From a virus (lineage: Duplodnaviria; Heunggongvirae; Uroviricota; Caudoviricetes), in the IMG/VR virus record IMGVR_UViG_3300031758_000002: a stretch of DNA of 64,000 bases, one strand, 5' to 3'. Below, piece by piece: positions 19,099 to 29,250 of this stretch. Within the stretch, counting starts at the first letter, position 1; each line of letters opens with the position of its first letter. The translations under genes were made by a program, and so were the position numbers. The notes beneath the pieces are model-generated. The model was not told the origin of the DNA. It made no database searches and was given only the letters and a program-made list of their open reading frames with translations.

Positions 19099-22000
19099 TA
19101 GTCTAATTCTGTATCTATATATATTTTTATAAATCTATTTAATGCGGTTTTTCCGTTTTTTAATCCAAAATAGAAATGGTTTGGTGAACCAACTAAAACT
19201 CCATTAGCCGATGGTAATACGGTAGATGGGTTAGGTTGTGCGGGTGGTACTGCGGGTGGTATTGCGGGTGGTGCTGGCGGTACCGCAAAATTTGTAATAA
19301 ACCCATAATAAATGTTAGGGAATGTCTGAGACATATCAGAAGTCTTAAAATAATCGTCCGATACTGCGTCTAAATCTTGATATCCTCTTTTATAAAAACC
19401 ACCACCACTACTATCGGTATACCATGTATTGTCTTGATTTCCAAAAATACTATTGGCGTTACTTGTGTCAATTTTCCATTTATATAATGGAACTTCTTGT
19501 GTATCAGGGTATCCTATATATGTTTGTAATGGAGGATTGGTTTGGAAACTGTAAATATTATACCCAGGTGACAATGCTCTCCTATTTCTATATTCGTTTT
19601 CACTTGTATTATAGAATATCCCAAAAACAGGTTCCCCATTTGTATTTTGTGCAACCCATATATAATCATCAGGATAGTTACCACCGATAAACGGATTGAC
19701 TTGATATTCCGAATTTATTGAGAAGGATTGTGCAATATCTCCATCAATTCTATCTCCAGGTCGATTAAAGAATTGTTCAATACCACCATTTTGGATAGAT
19801 AGTACTTGTTCTAAGAATGTTGAGTTTACTATTCTTGAGATTATTGCTAACTGTAATACATCTGAACTATCTTGATATGAAGTACTTTTTATTGTATTCG
19901 CTAAATATTTACCACTGAAGTCCGGATCCCCACAAATCTCTGATATAAATTCGTCTCTTTTTCCTAAATCCATAATTGTAGTTGGGAATAGAATTTGTCT
20001 TGTATTTTGTGAATCATCTTGTGGTTGATATCCTGTCAAATTAGTGAAGAAGTTACTTATGGTTGGTTGAGGTCCACCAATAAATTCACCTATATTATCC
20101 GCATATGGAGTACTTCTATAATAGAAGTTATTACTAATATCATTAAACATTACAATATCTTCACAGAAATTATAATTAGGTTGTCCTATTATATTATACG
20201 TTGTTTGTTTATTGAATGTTGGCATATATAATGTACCGTTAATCCAATTGTTTTGGAACATATGCCCAAACACTCCTCTACAAGCTCCAAATATGATTCT
20301 AAATCTTGTTCTCCATTCCGCTAAATACTTAATGTCATCTTTAATAGTTTTCACTAATTTGTCATCAACAAAATAATAACATCCACCATTAACTCTTTTA
20401 TTTACACCATTTTCTCCTGTTTGATTAAAAGTACAAGGATCTGAAACACCAAAATTAATTCCCGCACCTGAATAACATTTTAATGGAACCATTCCTTCAC
20501 AACTAAATGTTTCCACAATTGTTGACGTAGATCCTGTTCCTAATTCACTAAACGCATCTAAATCATTTAATCCTTGTACTCCATCACCTGAAGCGTTAAA
20601 GTTAGTTACCTGTCCTTGTTCATCAATTGCGTAGAATGTAAAGTTATTATTTTGATGTAATGGGAATGAGTTATATCCAACAGTATCTGTTGAGTCAGAT
20701 GTAGGTAACCTATCTGATCTAAATATTAAATTTTGACTTGGGGTTATATTTGTTGTTAATGGTATATTACCATTTGCACTCACATGATATGCAGGTGCGT
20801 AACATCTTGCTAATGGGCTGGTTGTTGAGAATACCGGTGGACCAATAAGTCCAAGTCCTCCATCATAACAAATATAGTTAATTGCATTTGTAACCGTAAA
20901 TGAGCCACCATCAACTCTACCTATAAAATCACTTAATATTGTTGTTGCACCAATAGTACTTTTCCATCTAAAAATTTGAGGTAGTCCATTACCATTCTCA
21001 ACTCTACCATTTGCCTCTATCCAGTTTGACATAGGATACCCCGCATCATACGAACCGTGAATATAAGATATTGTTGATTTATCTGTTGATATGTAATATC
21101 GTGGTGAATCGGTTGTGAATGCAGTAAACGCCGAGGTATCTACCGTAAATCCTATTGGTTGATGAAATAAAAATGTATTTGAGTTTGATGTTGCTAAACT
21201 ATGTGATTCAGGTGTTTGTTGATCATAATAATATGTCGGGTTACCAGAATTTTGTTGTATCGGAATATTTAAAAAATATTCTCCCGTAACTGTTGTGGTA
21301 CCCAATGGTTGTCCAAATAATTCAGATAAATCGTATTTTATTTCTTGTTTTTCAGTATATGGATCAACACCTCTAACTAATATTAAAATTTCTTGTTGTT
21401 GATAATCATTAAACCAAAACCAAGGTGGTGTGTGAGAACTTGCCGTTGGATTTAAATAGCTTATTTTATTTTGAAAGAAGTACTTCCACAACACTCCTGA
21501 ATTAGTTACTGTTGATCCAACATAGGTACCTTGTGGTTGTAATGGACCTGTGGATACAAGTTCATCCCATGTATATCCGGCAACTACTTGGAAATACTCT
21601 ATACCTGATTTATATAAATATTCCTTTTCACTTTCAGTACCAACAACAGTTATATCTGATGTTATATTAACACCTAAGTCATTCATATAAGTTAAAGGTA
21701 CTGTATATGTGCCAACCCCTAATGTAGTCCCTGTTATTGCATTTCCCCCAAATTGATTTTCGGTACCACCTGTAACATTAAAGTCATTAGTATTCACCGG
21801 ATTAGTAAAAGAAATTACTTTACCCACTAACTGACTAATTGTGCCCTGATCCGCTAACATTATCATTGATAAATCTTGATATGAATTACCACCAACACCT
21901 AAAGTTGTTGTACCAACCAATGTTGGGTTTGGTGTTACTGTGATTCTGTTTCTAGCGGTAATATCAAAGTATCTCGATCTAAGATTAGCCATGTTCATTG

Positions 22001-24362
22001 ATTGAGCCAATGTCATACCATCACCAAATCTTTTAAACAATTGTCCCGAATTAGCACTAGCACCATCAGGACCTAATTCCTCCCATATTGGTACTTTATA
22101 ATAAACTCTAGCGGGATTAACTGCCCCAGCAAATAATTGTTGAGAACCTTGATCCCAAGCCGTTTGGTCCGGAGTTGAGGAAAAGGTTAATCCGCAAGGA
22201 TTGTTTGTGGGATTCAATGTCCAAGTACTATAACTACCTAAAGTACCTAAATCACTTAATATTGATATATTAATACCTAACGCCGCGGCATTCCAAGAAC
22301 CCGCAACAGAACTTGATGTTACCAAACTCTCATCAGGACAAGAACAAGCCTCACAATCAGGATATGTCATCATTGGTAATGATAACCTTTTGAATGGGTT
22401 ATCTTCACTCATTGGTTCTAATGTTTCTTTTTTACATTCAACATTACCTCCTAAATTTTTAACAATTTTACATATGTTATAAACAATACCATTAACTAAT
22501 TTTATAACAAAGTTAGCTATTGCAACTATTATTGGATATATTAATGCCAATACGTGATTTACAACTATTATAATAACAATCATTGGTGATACTATTGCAA
22601 GTAACAAAGTGAATAAGAAGAATATGAAGTCAAAATTCCTAACTAAATCATTAACAGGTAATTTGTTATTTTCACTCTGACAAGTTCTATTTGTAATTTC
22701 TTTAATCCCAAGATGTCTGGCTCTATTGCTACCATTTTTATACCTATCAATAAATGAACTTACGGTATAAACTTTATTGTAATGAAATTTATAAAAACTA
22801 TCCTCACAATCAATTGCCGCTTGAGTATCATAATAATCATCCCAATCTAAACTGAATGCGTAAGATCTTAATAGGTTAAATAGTGGTTCGTCATATATTG
22901 TGAACACAATATCAATAGGTTGTGTATTATCTATTGGTATTGCATTAAATGTAATTATATTGTTGACATTGGGTAATGGTACACTATCCAAACTACCATA
23001 ATATGGAACTCCGTTTACTTCAATTGTTAATTGTTGTGTATTTACCACACTATTAAGAAAGAACCCCCCTCTAGGTATTGGTCCAACAGACAATGATGTT
23101 GATCCAACAGGTATTGACGCTTGATATTCACTTGTATATGTATCAGAATTTTTAAATGGATCATTATTCTCATCAGTACTATTCCATCCGTGTTCTTTAA
23201 TATTAGGTACCAAATAGTTACCTCTCATAAAGTTATTTTGCAAACCCTCTTCGTTTTGCCACTTAATTTTAAATCTGTACTTTGAAGTGGTTGGTATTCC
23301 CACTTTTGGATCGTTAGATAATACCTGTTCACCAAATTCATTTGTTGTTACATAATCCAAATTCATTGGTAAATTAACCAACCAAGTACCCTCACCATCA
23401 ATTATCTTACCATCCTGTTCTAATCTATATTGTTCAAGAACAGGATATCCATTATCATCAGTATTAATTGTTTGTCTAATTGCCAATATTTGTCCAGGAC
23501 CCGCAATTAGTTCACACATATTTCCTGTGTTAATCTTTGGTTTACAACTTTTCTTAACCGCATCCTCATTTGTTGTTGAGAACATTGAACCCATAAACAC
23601 AGAAGTCGGTTGTATGTTTACATTAGCAGATGCCGTTAAATCAAAATCAACTCTTGTGATACCCAATAAACAAATTTCAGGTTCACCCCATAATGGTTGT
23701 ACTTGAACTATTTTATTTAATGTTTTAACTTGTGGTAATTCTCGTAAGTTGGTTGAAGTTTTGAACTTGTTCCCATCAACTTGAGTTTCTGTTGCTAATC
23801 CTGAGTTAATTAAATCTTGTGGTGATAATGAGAAACACCCAATATCGGATAAATCAACATCCATAAATATTGTTTGTTCTCCAGTTGGTACCCCAAATAT
23901 CATATAGTCACCACTTTCATTTGTTTTTACAGTAAACTTATAATATTTGTCGTATACCTCAACTAATGCTGCATCGGTTAAAACATCCTCTCTACTTGGA
24001 AATGTACCTGTTGCTGAATGTCCTTGATATGAAGGTTCATAAGGTAATAAATTATATCTATAACCATCGTCATTTAAATCATCAATGTTTTTATATGGAT
24101 ATAATTGAGAAATAATTGGGTTTTGTTCATCTTCGTCAGTTATTGGGATGAACACCGATACTTTAGCGTTTGGTACCCCAAAACCTCCGTTAACTAATAC
24201 TCTACCTACAACAACACCGTAATCAGAACACATACGAGTGTATATATCATTTTGAAATATCTTCAAAGATAAAATCTCCAAGTATTCAAAATCCTGATCT
24301 AATTGTATTTTTATGGATTTATCTACACCTGGCTCGGTTCTAATTCTATATGATTTTGGCAT
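19098..24362 (-). CDS. Large baseplate-associated protein with N-terminal carboxypeptidase-regulatory-like fold and an internal hydrophobic helical segment
   Basis: 1754 aa. YGVVVGRVLVNGGFGVPNAKVSVFIP...TNESGDYMIFGVPTGEQTI fits a transthyretin-like sandwich. About 55-aa hydrophobic stretch and a Pro-rich C-terminal region. Confidence 0.55.
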   Translation of the reverse strand: MPKSYRIRTEPGVDKSIKIQLDQDFEYLEILSLKIFQNDIYTRMCSDYGVVVGRVLVNGGFGVPNAKVSVFIPITDEDEQNPIISQLYPYKNIDDLNDDGYRYNLLPYEPSYQGHSATGTFPSREDVLTDAALVEVYDKYYKFTVKTNESGDYMIFGVPTGEQTIFMDVDLSDIGCFSLSPQDLINSGLATETQVDGNKFKTSTNLRELPQVKTLNKIVQVQPLWGEPEICLLGITRVDFDLTASANVNIQPTSVFMGSMFSTTNEDAVKKSCKPKINTGNMCELIAGPGQILAIRQTINTDDNGYPVLEQYRLEQDGKIIDGEGTWLVNLPMNLDYVTTNEFGEQVLSNDPKVGIPTTSKYRFKIKWQNEEGLQNNFMRGNYLVPNIKEHGWNSTDENNDPFKNSDTYTSEYQASIPVGSTSLSVGPIPRGGFFLNSVVNTQQLTIEVNGVPYYGSLDSVPLPNVNNIITFNAIPIDNTQPIDIVFTIYDEPLFNLLRSYAFSLDWDDYYDTQAAIDCEDSFYKFHYNKVYTVSSFIDRYKNGSNRARHLGIKEITNRTCQSENNKLPVNDLVRNFDFIFFLFTLLLAIVSPMIVIIIVVNHVLALIYPIIVAIANFVIKLVNGIVYNICKIVKNLGGNVECKKETLEPMSEDNPFKRLSLPMMTYPDCEACSCPDESLVTSSSVAGSWNAAALGINISILSDLGTLGSYSTWTLNPTNNPCGLTFSSTPDQTAWDQGSQQLFAGAVNPARVYYKVPIWEELGPDGASANSGQLFKRFGDGMTLAQSMNMANLRSRYFDITARNRITVTPNPTLVGTTTLGVGGNSYQDLSMIMLADQGTISQLVGKVISFTNPVNTNDFNVTGGTENQFGGNAITGTTLGVGTYTVPLTYMNDLGVNITSDITVVGTESEKEYLYKSGIEYFQVVAGYTWDELVSTGPLQPQGTYVGSTVTNSGVLWKYFFQNKISYLNPTASSHTPPWFWFNDYQQQEILILVRGVDPYTEKQEIKYDLSELFGQPLGTTTVTGEYFLNIPIQQNSGNPTYYYDQQTPESHSLATSNSNTFLFHQPIGFTVDTSAFTAFTTDSPRYYISTDKSTISYIHGSYDAGYPMSNWIEANGRVENGNGLPQIFRWKSTIGATTILSDFIGRVDGGSFTVTNAINYICYDGGLGLIGPPVFSTTSPLARCYAPAYHVSANGNIPLTTNITPSQNLIFRSDRLPTSDSTDTVGYNSFPLHQNNNFTFYAIDEQGQVTNFNASGDGVQGLNDLDAFSELGTGSTSTIVETFSCEGMVPLKCYSGAGINFGVSDPCTFNQTGENGVNKRVNGGCYYFVDDKLVKTIKDDIKYLAEWRTRFRIIFGACRGVFGHMFQNNWINGTLYMPTFNKQTTYNIIGQPNYNFCEDIVMFNDISNNFYYRSTPYADNIGEFIGGPQPTISNFFTNLTGYQPQDDSQNTRQILFPTTIMDLGKRDEFISEICGDPDFSGKYLANTIKSTSYQDSSDVLQLAIISRIVNSTFLEQVLSIQNGGIEQFFNRPGDRIDGDIAQSFSINSEYQVNPFIGGNYPDDYIWVAQNTNGEPVFGIFYNTSENEYRNRRALSPGYNIYSFQTNPPLQTYIGYPDTQEVPLYKWKIDTSNANSIFGNQDNTWYTDSSGGGFYKRGYQDLDAVSDDYFKTSDMSQTFPNIYYGFITNFAVPPAPPAIPPAVPPAQPNPSTVLPSANGVLVGSPNHFYFGLKNGKTALNRFIKIYIDTELD

Positions 24363-24376
24363 TAAATTCTTTTTTT

Positions 24377-24384
24377 GATAAATA
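24377..24384 (-). promoter_or_regulatory. TATTTATC upstream motif
   Basis: Upstream of the ATG at 24362. Confidence 0.55.
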
Positions 24385-24434
24385 GTTTATTTCCTATTTT
24401 CAAAAAATAATTCTTTTATTCTAAAAATAAATCA

Positions 24435-26273
24435 TCAAGAGAAATTCACCGTTTTTAAATTAAGAACTCTAACATTAATATCTTTATTTGGATATCTAAT
24501 TTGGTAAATTTGAGTTGGTTCTGCAAATATAGTGTCAGTAATTAATCCAATCTCTTTAGTTGCCGAATCAGAGTAAGGTTGTGATGTTTGTGATGATGAA
24601 TATTGTCCTCCAACATTATTAATAAAACTTATATCGGAAATACTAATAACCCCATTTTCATTTTGAATTAATCGTCTTATTTCGGATACATAAACATTCT
24701 CACCCATCTGTCTTTGTAATGGACTAAAATAGTTTGATATAATATCAATTATTTTAGTAACTACCGCACCTTGATTTTGACTCGCATCTAATACTACATC
24801 AACATTAACACTTAAGTCAATAACATTTGCAGTTTCAATTGAGATATAGTCATTTATCATTCTATAATTAGAAAGGTAATTGGCGACATTATTTTTTAAT
24901 GTATTTGATATTACTTCAGTTAATTTACCTTCAGCGTCGTAAGATAACATTTTAATTTTAATTTTGTTGTTTTCTTCCGTAATTGCAACTTTACCAGGTG
25001 CCCCAAATTGTGACGGCATATTTCTTAAAATGGATTCATAATCATTTATAGTTACCGCTCTATTTTGTGCGGCAAAATTATATGTCACATATTGTCTAAC
25101 TTCTTCTGTTGATGGAGCATTTGCCCCTCCAATTGCCGCAGTAACATTATTACATGATAATGAATTAATAACAGTAGTATTTACGGATTGTGACGGTCCA
25201 TTCACATAAAATGAAACGGTACCTATTTGATTTATAATATTAACACCTAAATTCGTTCCTTGTCCACCACCGACTCTATATTGTATGAATAGTGTTGAGT
25301 TAGATTTTAAAGCCGCACCCAAAGCTAAATTATTAATATATTTACTTAAATCTAATTGATATCCATTTCTTGCAAAATCTCTTAATTGTTCGTCTGCAGA
25401 AACATTACCACCACCAAAAGTTAATTTCATAAACCCTTCAGGTGTATATTCAGTAATTAATTTATTATCTGTGGTTATGTATTTACCGACTTTAACTCCT
25501 GGTTGATCAGATACCTTTGTAGGGTCTTCAATAAACACTCTATTCTCAACTAAAGCAGGTACTTCATACCATCTATTTTCTAAACCTAAAAACTCCTGTG
25601 GACTTGGTACCGTAGAATATTGTGTACCATCTTTTAATAATACACTTGTGATTCCCAATACATTTTTTTCAGGTAAGAAAAGTTCAAAGAATGGTTTAAC
25701 ATCATTTGGAGTTACAACTCTTCTAAATACTTTTGTTACTCCATTAACTACCACTTCTCTTTTTACAATTGTATAGTTAACTAATTTACCACTACCATCA
25801 AAATTAGGTATTTTTAATCTATTTGGTGATCCTTCAGCATTAATTGCCGATGCAAAATCAATATCATATACAGTTTCAAAAGGTTGTCCAGCACCATTAA
25901 CTTGTGAACCTCTTCTCAAAATACCACAATATCTTAAATCTTCTCTATCCCCAAACGCAGGAACTGTAATTGAGAAGTCAACCAATGCAACTGAAGGTCT
26001 CAACCCAGGTATTTTTAAACCATAAGTTCTTGCAATATTATAGATTGATGATTTTTGTTGTGCGTATTGTAATACGGTTTCTTGGATACTTCTATCAATA
26101 TTAAAATGTAGGTTGTCGGTTACTGCGGCATTTAAGTCTAACATTACCGAAAATATTCCAGCATCATTAAAATTCTGAACTAAATCAGGATAATAAGTTC
26201 TTGTAAAATTTATTAACTCAGTTCTTATCCCCTGAAAATCTCTCGTTGTGTACGATATTTTTTTATTTGCCAT
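24435..26273 (-). CDS. gp6: Baseplate wedge subunit, T4 gp6/baseplate J-like
   Basis: 612 aa. YTTRDFQGIRTELINF N-terminus and AIGGANAPSTEEVR...QNRAVTINDYE motif. Directly follows gp25-like gene. Confidence 0.85.
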   Translation of the reverse strand: MANKKISYTTRDFQGIRTELINFTRTYYPDLVQNFNDAGIFSVMLDLNAAVTDNLHFNIDRSIQETVLQYAQQKSSIYNIARTYGLKIPGLRPSVALVDFSITVPAFGDREDLRYCGILRRGSQVNGAGQPFETVYDIDFASAINAEGSPNRLKIPNFDGSGKLVNYTIVKREVVVNGVTKVFRRVVTPNDVKPFFELFLPEKNVLGITSVLLKDGTQYSTVPSPQEFLGLENRWYEVPALVENRVFIEDPTKVSDQPGVKVGKYITTDNKLITEYTPEGFMKLTFGGGNVSADEQLRDFARNGYQLDLSKYINNLALGAALKSNSTLFIQYRVGGGQGTNLGVNIINQIGTVSFYVNGPSQSVNTTVINSLSCNNVTAAIGGANAPSTEEVRQYVTYNFAAQNRAVTINDYESILRNMPSQFGAPGKVAITEENNKIKIKMLSYDAEGKLTEVISNTLKNNVANYLSNYRMINDYISIETANVIDLSVNVDVVLDASQNQGAVVTKIIDIISNYFSPLQRQMGENVYVSEIRRLIQNENGVISISDISFINNVGGQYSSSQTSQPYSDSATKEIGLITDTIFAEPTQIYQIRYPNKDINVRVLNLKTVNFS

Positions 26274-26279
26274 ATACTA

Positions 26280-26738
26280 TTAAATATTAATAATAACAAA
26301 ATCACTTGATTCAAAAGCGGTATTAGTCGTTTTATAATCAATTCTAATTTTTGCCGTGTGTTCTAATTGTGATATATTTGAGACAGTATATTCTCTTTTA
26401 TCCTCACCATTTATGTATGTTCCTTTATTTTCTTCTTCCATTGAGGCATCTGTTATTTTAACATTAGTAACAGTTAAACCTGGCATATAAGTTGATACCG
26501 AATCTCTAATCTCTGATTCTATTTCCGAAAATGTAGGTCCATCCAATGGTTCAAAAATATATTCATATAGTCTAGTACCAAAATCAGGTAAAAAATACCT
26601 AGTACCTTTTCTTGTTAAAAGTAAATGAATAAGATTACTCCTCACTTCTTCATCTGTTGTATCAGAACAATCTAAATACTTTCCCACATACGAATTTTGA
26701 AAGGGGAAATTTATTCCATATGTTACTCCATTTGCCAT
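26280..26738 (-). CDS. gp25: Baseplate wedge subunit, GPW/gp25 family
   Basis: 152 aa. VRSNLIHLLLTRKGTRYFLPDFGTRLYEYIFEP motif. Confidence 0.9.
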   Translation of the reverse strand: MANGVTYGINFPFQNSYVGKYLDCSDTTDEEVRSNLIHLLLTRKGTRYFLPDFGTRLYEYIFEPLDGPTFSEIESEIRDSVSTYMPGLTVTNVKITDASMEEENKGTYINGEDKREYTVSNISQLEHTAKIRIDYKTTNTAFESSDFVIINI

Positions 26739-26742
26739 ATCT

Positions 26743-26776
26743 AATAAATATAATGTTGGGAAGTTTTATATAAATA
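26743..26776 (-). promoter_or_regulatory. Two TATTTAT motifs upstream of gp25-like gene
   Basis: Copies at 26743-26750 and 26769-26776. The latter overlaps the nrdA terminator U-tract. Confidence 0.55.
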
Positions 26777-26801
26777 AAAAATCCCAACATAAGTCGGGAT
26801 T
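26772..26801 (-). terminator. Rho-independent terminator after nrdA
   Basis: Minus-strand RNA AAUCCCGAC-UUAU-GUUGGGAUU followed by UUUUAUUU. Confidence 0.8.
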
Positions 26802-26806
26802 ATATT

Positions 26807-29236
26807 TTAGGATGAACATCCAAAACAATCAAATTCACTATTTTCAGGTTTTGGTGGTAGATTCATGTTTGAATAGTCCACTTTGGGAACAAATGGTGTT
26901 GCTTTTGGTTTTTCTACTTTTGACATATCAACCGCCAAGTGTTTTGCCCCTGTGGAAATTGCCTTGGTTCTAACATAATAACAAAGAGTTTTCAAACCTT
27001 TTTCCCACGAGTGGAAATGTGATGATGTAATCTTTGACAATGTTGGGTTCGCCATATAGATATTCATTGATTGTGATTGATCAATAAATGGTGCTCTGTC
27101 TGCCGCCATATCAATCAATTCTCTTTGTGAAATCTCCCAAATTGTTTTATACTTTGGAATCAAATGCTCAATTCGTTTAACTTTCTTATTGTAGTGTTTA
27201 TCTTCAGTATCTAAATAATTGTTAAAGTTAATGTTTTGAATCGATCCCTCATTGATAATAATTTCATTCTTCAAATCCTCAGACCAAATACCCATTTTTT
27301 CAAAGTCATTAATGAGGTATTTATTCACAATCATAATTTCACCACCTACCACTCTTCTGTTAAACAATGCTGAATGTGCGGGTTCTGTCATTTCAAATGA
27401 ACCTGTAATTTTCGCTGAAGATGCTACAGGCATTTGTGCCGTGAATAATGAATTACATACCCCAAATTCTTTTACATCTTCTTTAAGTTGGTTCCAATCC
27501 CAGTATCCTGATAAATCACTTTCATTCAATCCCCACATATCAAATTGGAATATACCTTGTGACATTGGCGATCCTTCAAAGAATTTATATGGTAGATACT
27601 CCCCATTTTTACAAAGTTTATTACTTTCATAGATAGCACCGTAATAAATGGTTTCAAAAATTTGTTTATTTAAGATTCTTGCTTCTTCTTCGGTGAATAT
27701 TAAATCAAGTAGATAAAATACATCTGCCAATCCTTGAGTTCCAATTGCAATTGCTCGTTGTTCTAACCCACCTTTTAACCCTTTGTCTGTTGAGTAACTA
27801 TTAATGTTAACGACTTTATTTAACGCTCTAACCACTTTTCTAACTTCAGTAAAAAGTAATTGGAAATCAAACTTATTACCTTGAATGAAGTTCTTCAATA
27901 CCATTGAGGACAATGTACAAATTGCAGTAGTCTCTTCGTCAGTATATTGGTATATTTCATTACACAAGTTTGACTGTTTAATCACACCGATATTTTGGTG
28001 GTTAGTCTTTCTATTAGCACTATCTTTAGAACATAAATAAGGAACACCAGTCTCAACTTGTGATTCAATAATTTTAGTCCAAACATCTTGAGCTTTAACT
28101 TTTTTACCTAAACCAAGTGCCACCGCTTCACGATAAACACTTTCATATTCATCACCATAACATTCTTGTAATGGTTTAAGTCCAGATTTATTAATGTCGT
28201 TAGGACAGAACAAATACCAATCACCATTATTTTTAACGGCTCTCATAAAGTTATCAGGAATCCAAAGTGCGGTAAACAAATCTCTCGCTCTTAATTCTTC
28301 AGCACCTGTATTCTTTTTGATGTCAAGAAGATCCATAATATCTTTATGCCAAGGTTCTAAATAAATTGCTGCCGACCCAGGTCTTCTACCTTGTTGATTA
28401 AAGAATCGTAAAGATTCGTTAACAATTTTAAGGTATTTCAATAAACCACCAGCATAACCACCTGAACTATTAATACGACTTTCTTTACTTCTTTGATTTG
28501 ACATACACAATCCAATACCCGCAGCATCCGCAGAATAAGTTGAGATATCATTCAATGTTTCCAACAATCCCATTCTTGAGTCAGAGTTGTTGTAATGTAA
28601 CACACAAGACGCCAATTGAGGAATTTTTGTTCCTGAATTAATCATAATTGGTGTTGCGGGTGATATACGTTGTTCAGACAACGACTTATAATAATCAAAA
28701 GCCTCTTCCATTGTATTGGTTACCCACAACGCAACTCTCATATACATATGTTGTGGTCGTTCAATTACCTTACCTGTTGGTCGTTTCAACAAATACATTT
28801 CTTGTAATGATCTCCAAGCAAAATAATCAAAGTTATAGTCGTTATCGTGATTGATTACCGCATCAATAATCTCAGCACCATATTCATTAATTGTGTTAAT
28901 TAATTTTTCATTAACCACTCCATCATCATACAACAATTCCATAGTTTGTGAAAAACTATCATTAGTTTCTTTATGATATGAAGATATTGCAACTGAAGAT
29001 GCTAACCTTGAATAGTCGTGGTGACTACCAGTATAAGCCGCAGCAATCTCATATACAAGTTTATCTAATTCTTTTGTTGTTATTTCTCCTTCAGTTGGTA
29101 CCGAGGTAATAACCTTAATGAATATTTCGTCCGAATTAACATTCAAACCTTTTGATGCTCGTTTTACACGATTGTAAATTTTTTGTGGGTTAAATGCAAC
29201 CGAATCCCCACCTCTTTTAATAATTTTTAATGACAT
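26807..29236 (-). CDS. nrdA: Class Ia ribonucleotide reductase alpha subunit with ATP cone
   Basis: 809 aa. N-terminal IIKRGG ATP cone, QLASC, SNLCNEI, AICTLSS, CYYVRT and C-terminal CFGCSS. Confidence 0.97.
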   Translation of the reverse strand: MSLKIIKRGGDSVAFNPQKIYNRVKRASKGLNVNSDEIFIKVITSVPTEGEITTKELDKLVYEIAAAYTGSHHDYSRLASSVAISSYHKETNDSFSQTMELLYDDGVVNEKLINTINEYGAEIIDAVINHDNDYNFDYFAWRSLQEMYLLKRPTGKVIERPQHMYMRVALWVTNTMEEAFDYYKSLSEQRISPATPIMINSGTKIPQLASCVLHYNNSDSRMGLLETLNDISTYSADAAGIGLCMSNQRSKESRINSSGGYAGGLLKYLKIVNESLRFFNQQGRRPGSAAIYLEPWHKDIMDLLDIKKNTGAEELRARDLFTALWIPDNFMRAVKNNGDWYLFCPNDINKSGLKPLQECYGDEYESVYREAVALGLGKKVKAQDVWTKIIESQVETGVPYLCSKDSANRKTNHQNIGVIKQSNLCNEIYQYTDEETTAICTLSSMVLKNFIQGNKFDFQLLFTEVRKVVRALNKVVNINSYSTDKGLKGGLEQRAIAIGTQGLADVFYLLDLIFTEEEARILNKQIFETIYYGAIYESNKLCKNGEYLPYKFFEGSPMSQGIFQFDMWGLNESDLSGYWDWNQLKEDVKEFGVCNSLFTAQMPVASSAKITGSFEMTEPAHSALFNRRVVGGEIMIVNKYLINDFEKMGIWSEDLKNEIIINEGSIQNINFNNYLDTEDKHYNKKVKRIEHLIPKYKTIWEISQRELIDMAADRAPFIDQSQSMNIYMANPTLSKITSSHFHSWEKGLKTLCYYVRTKAISTGAKHLAVDMSKVEKPKATPFVPKVDYSNMNLPPKPENSEFDCFGCSS

Positions 29237-29250
29237 AATTTTTTATTTTT

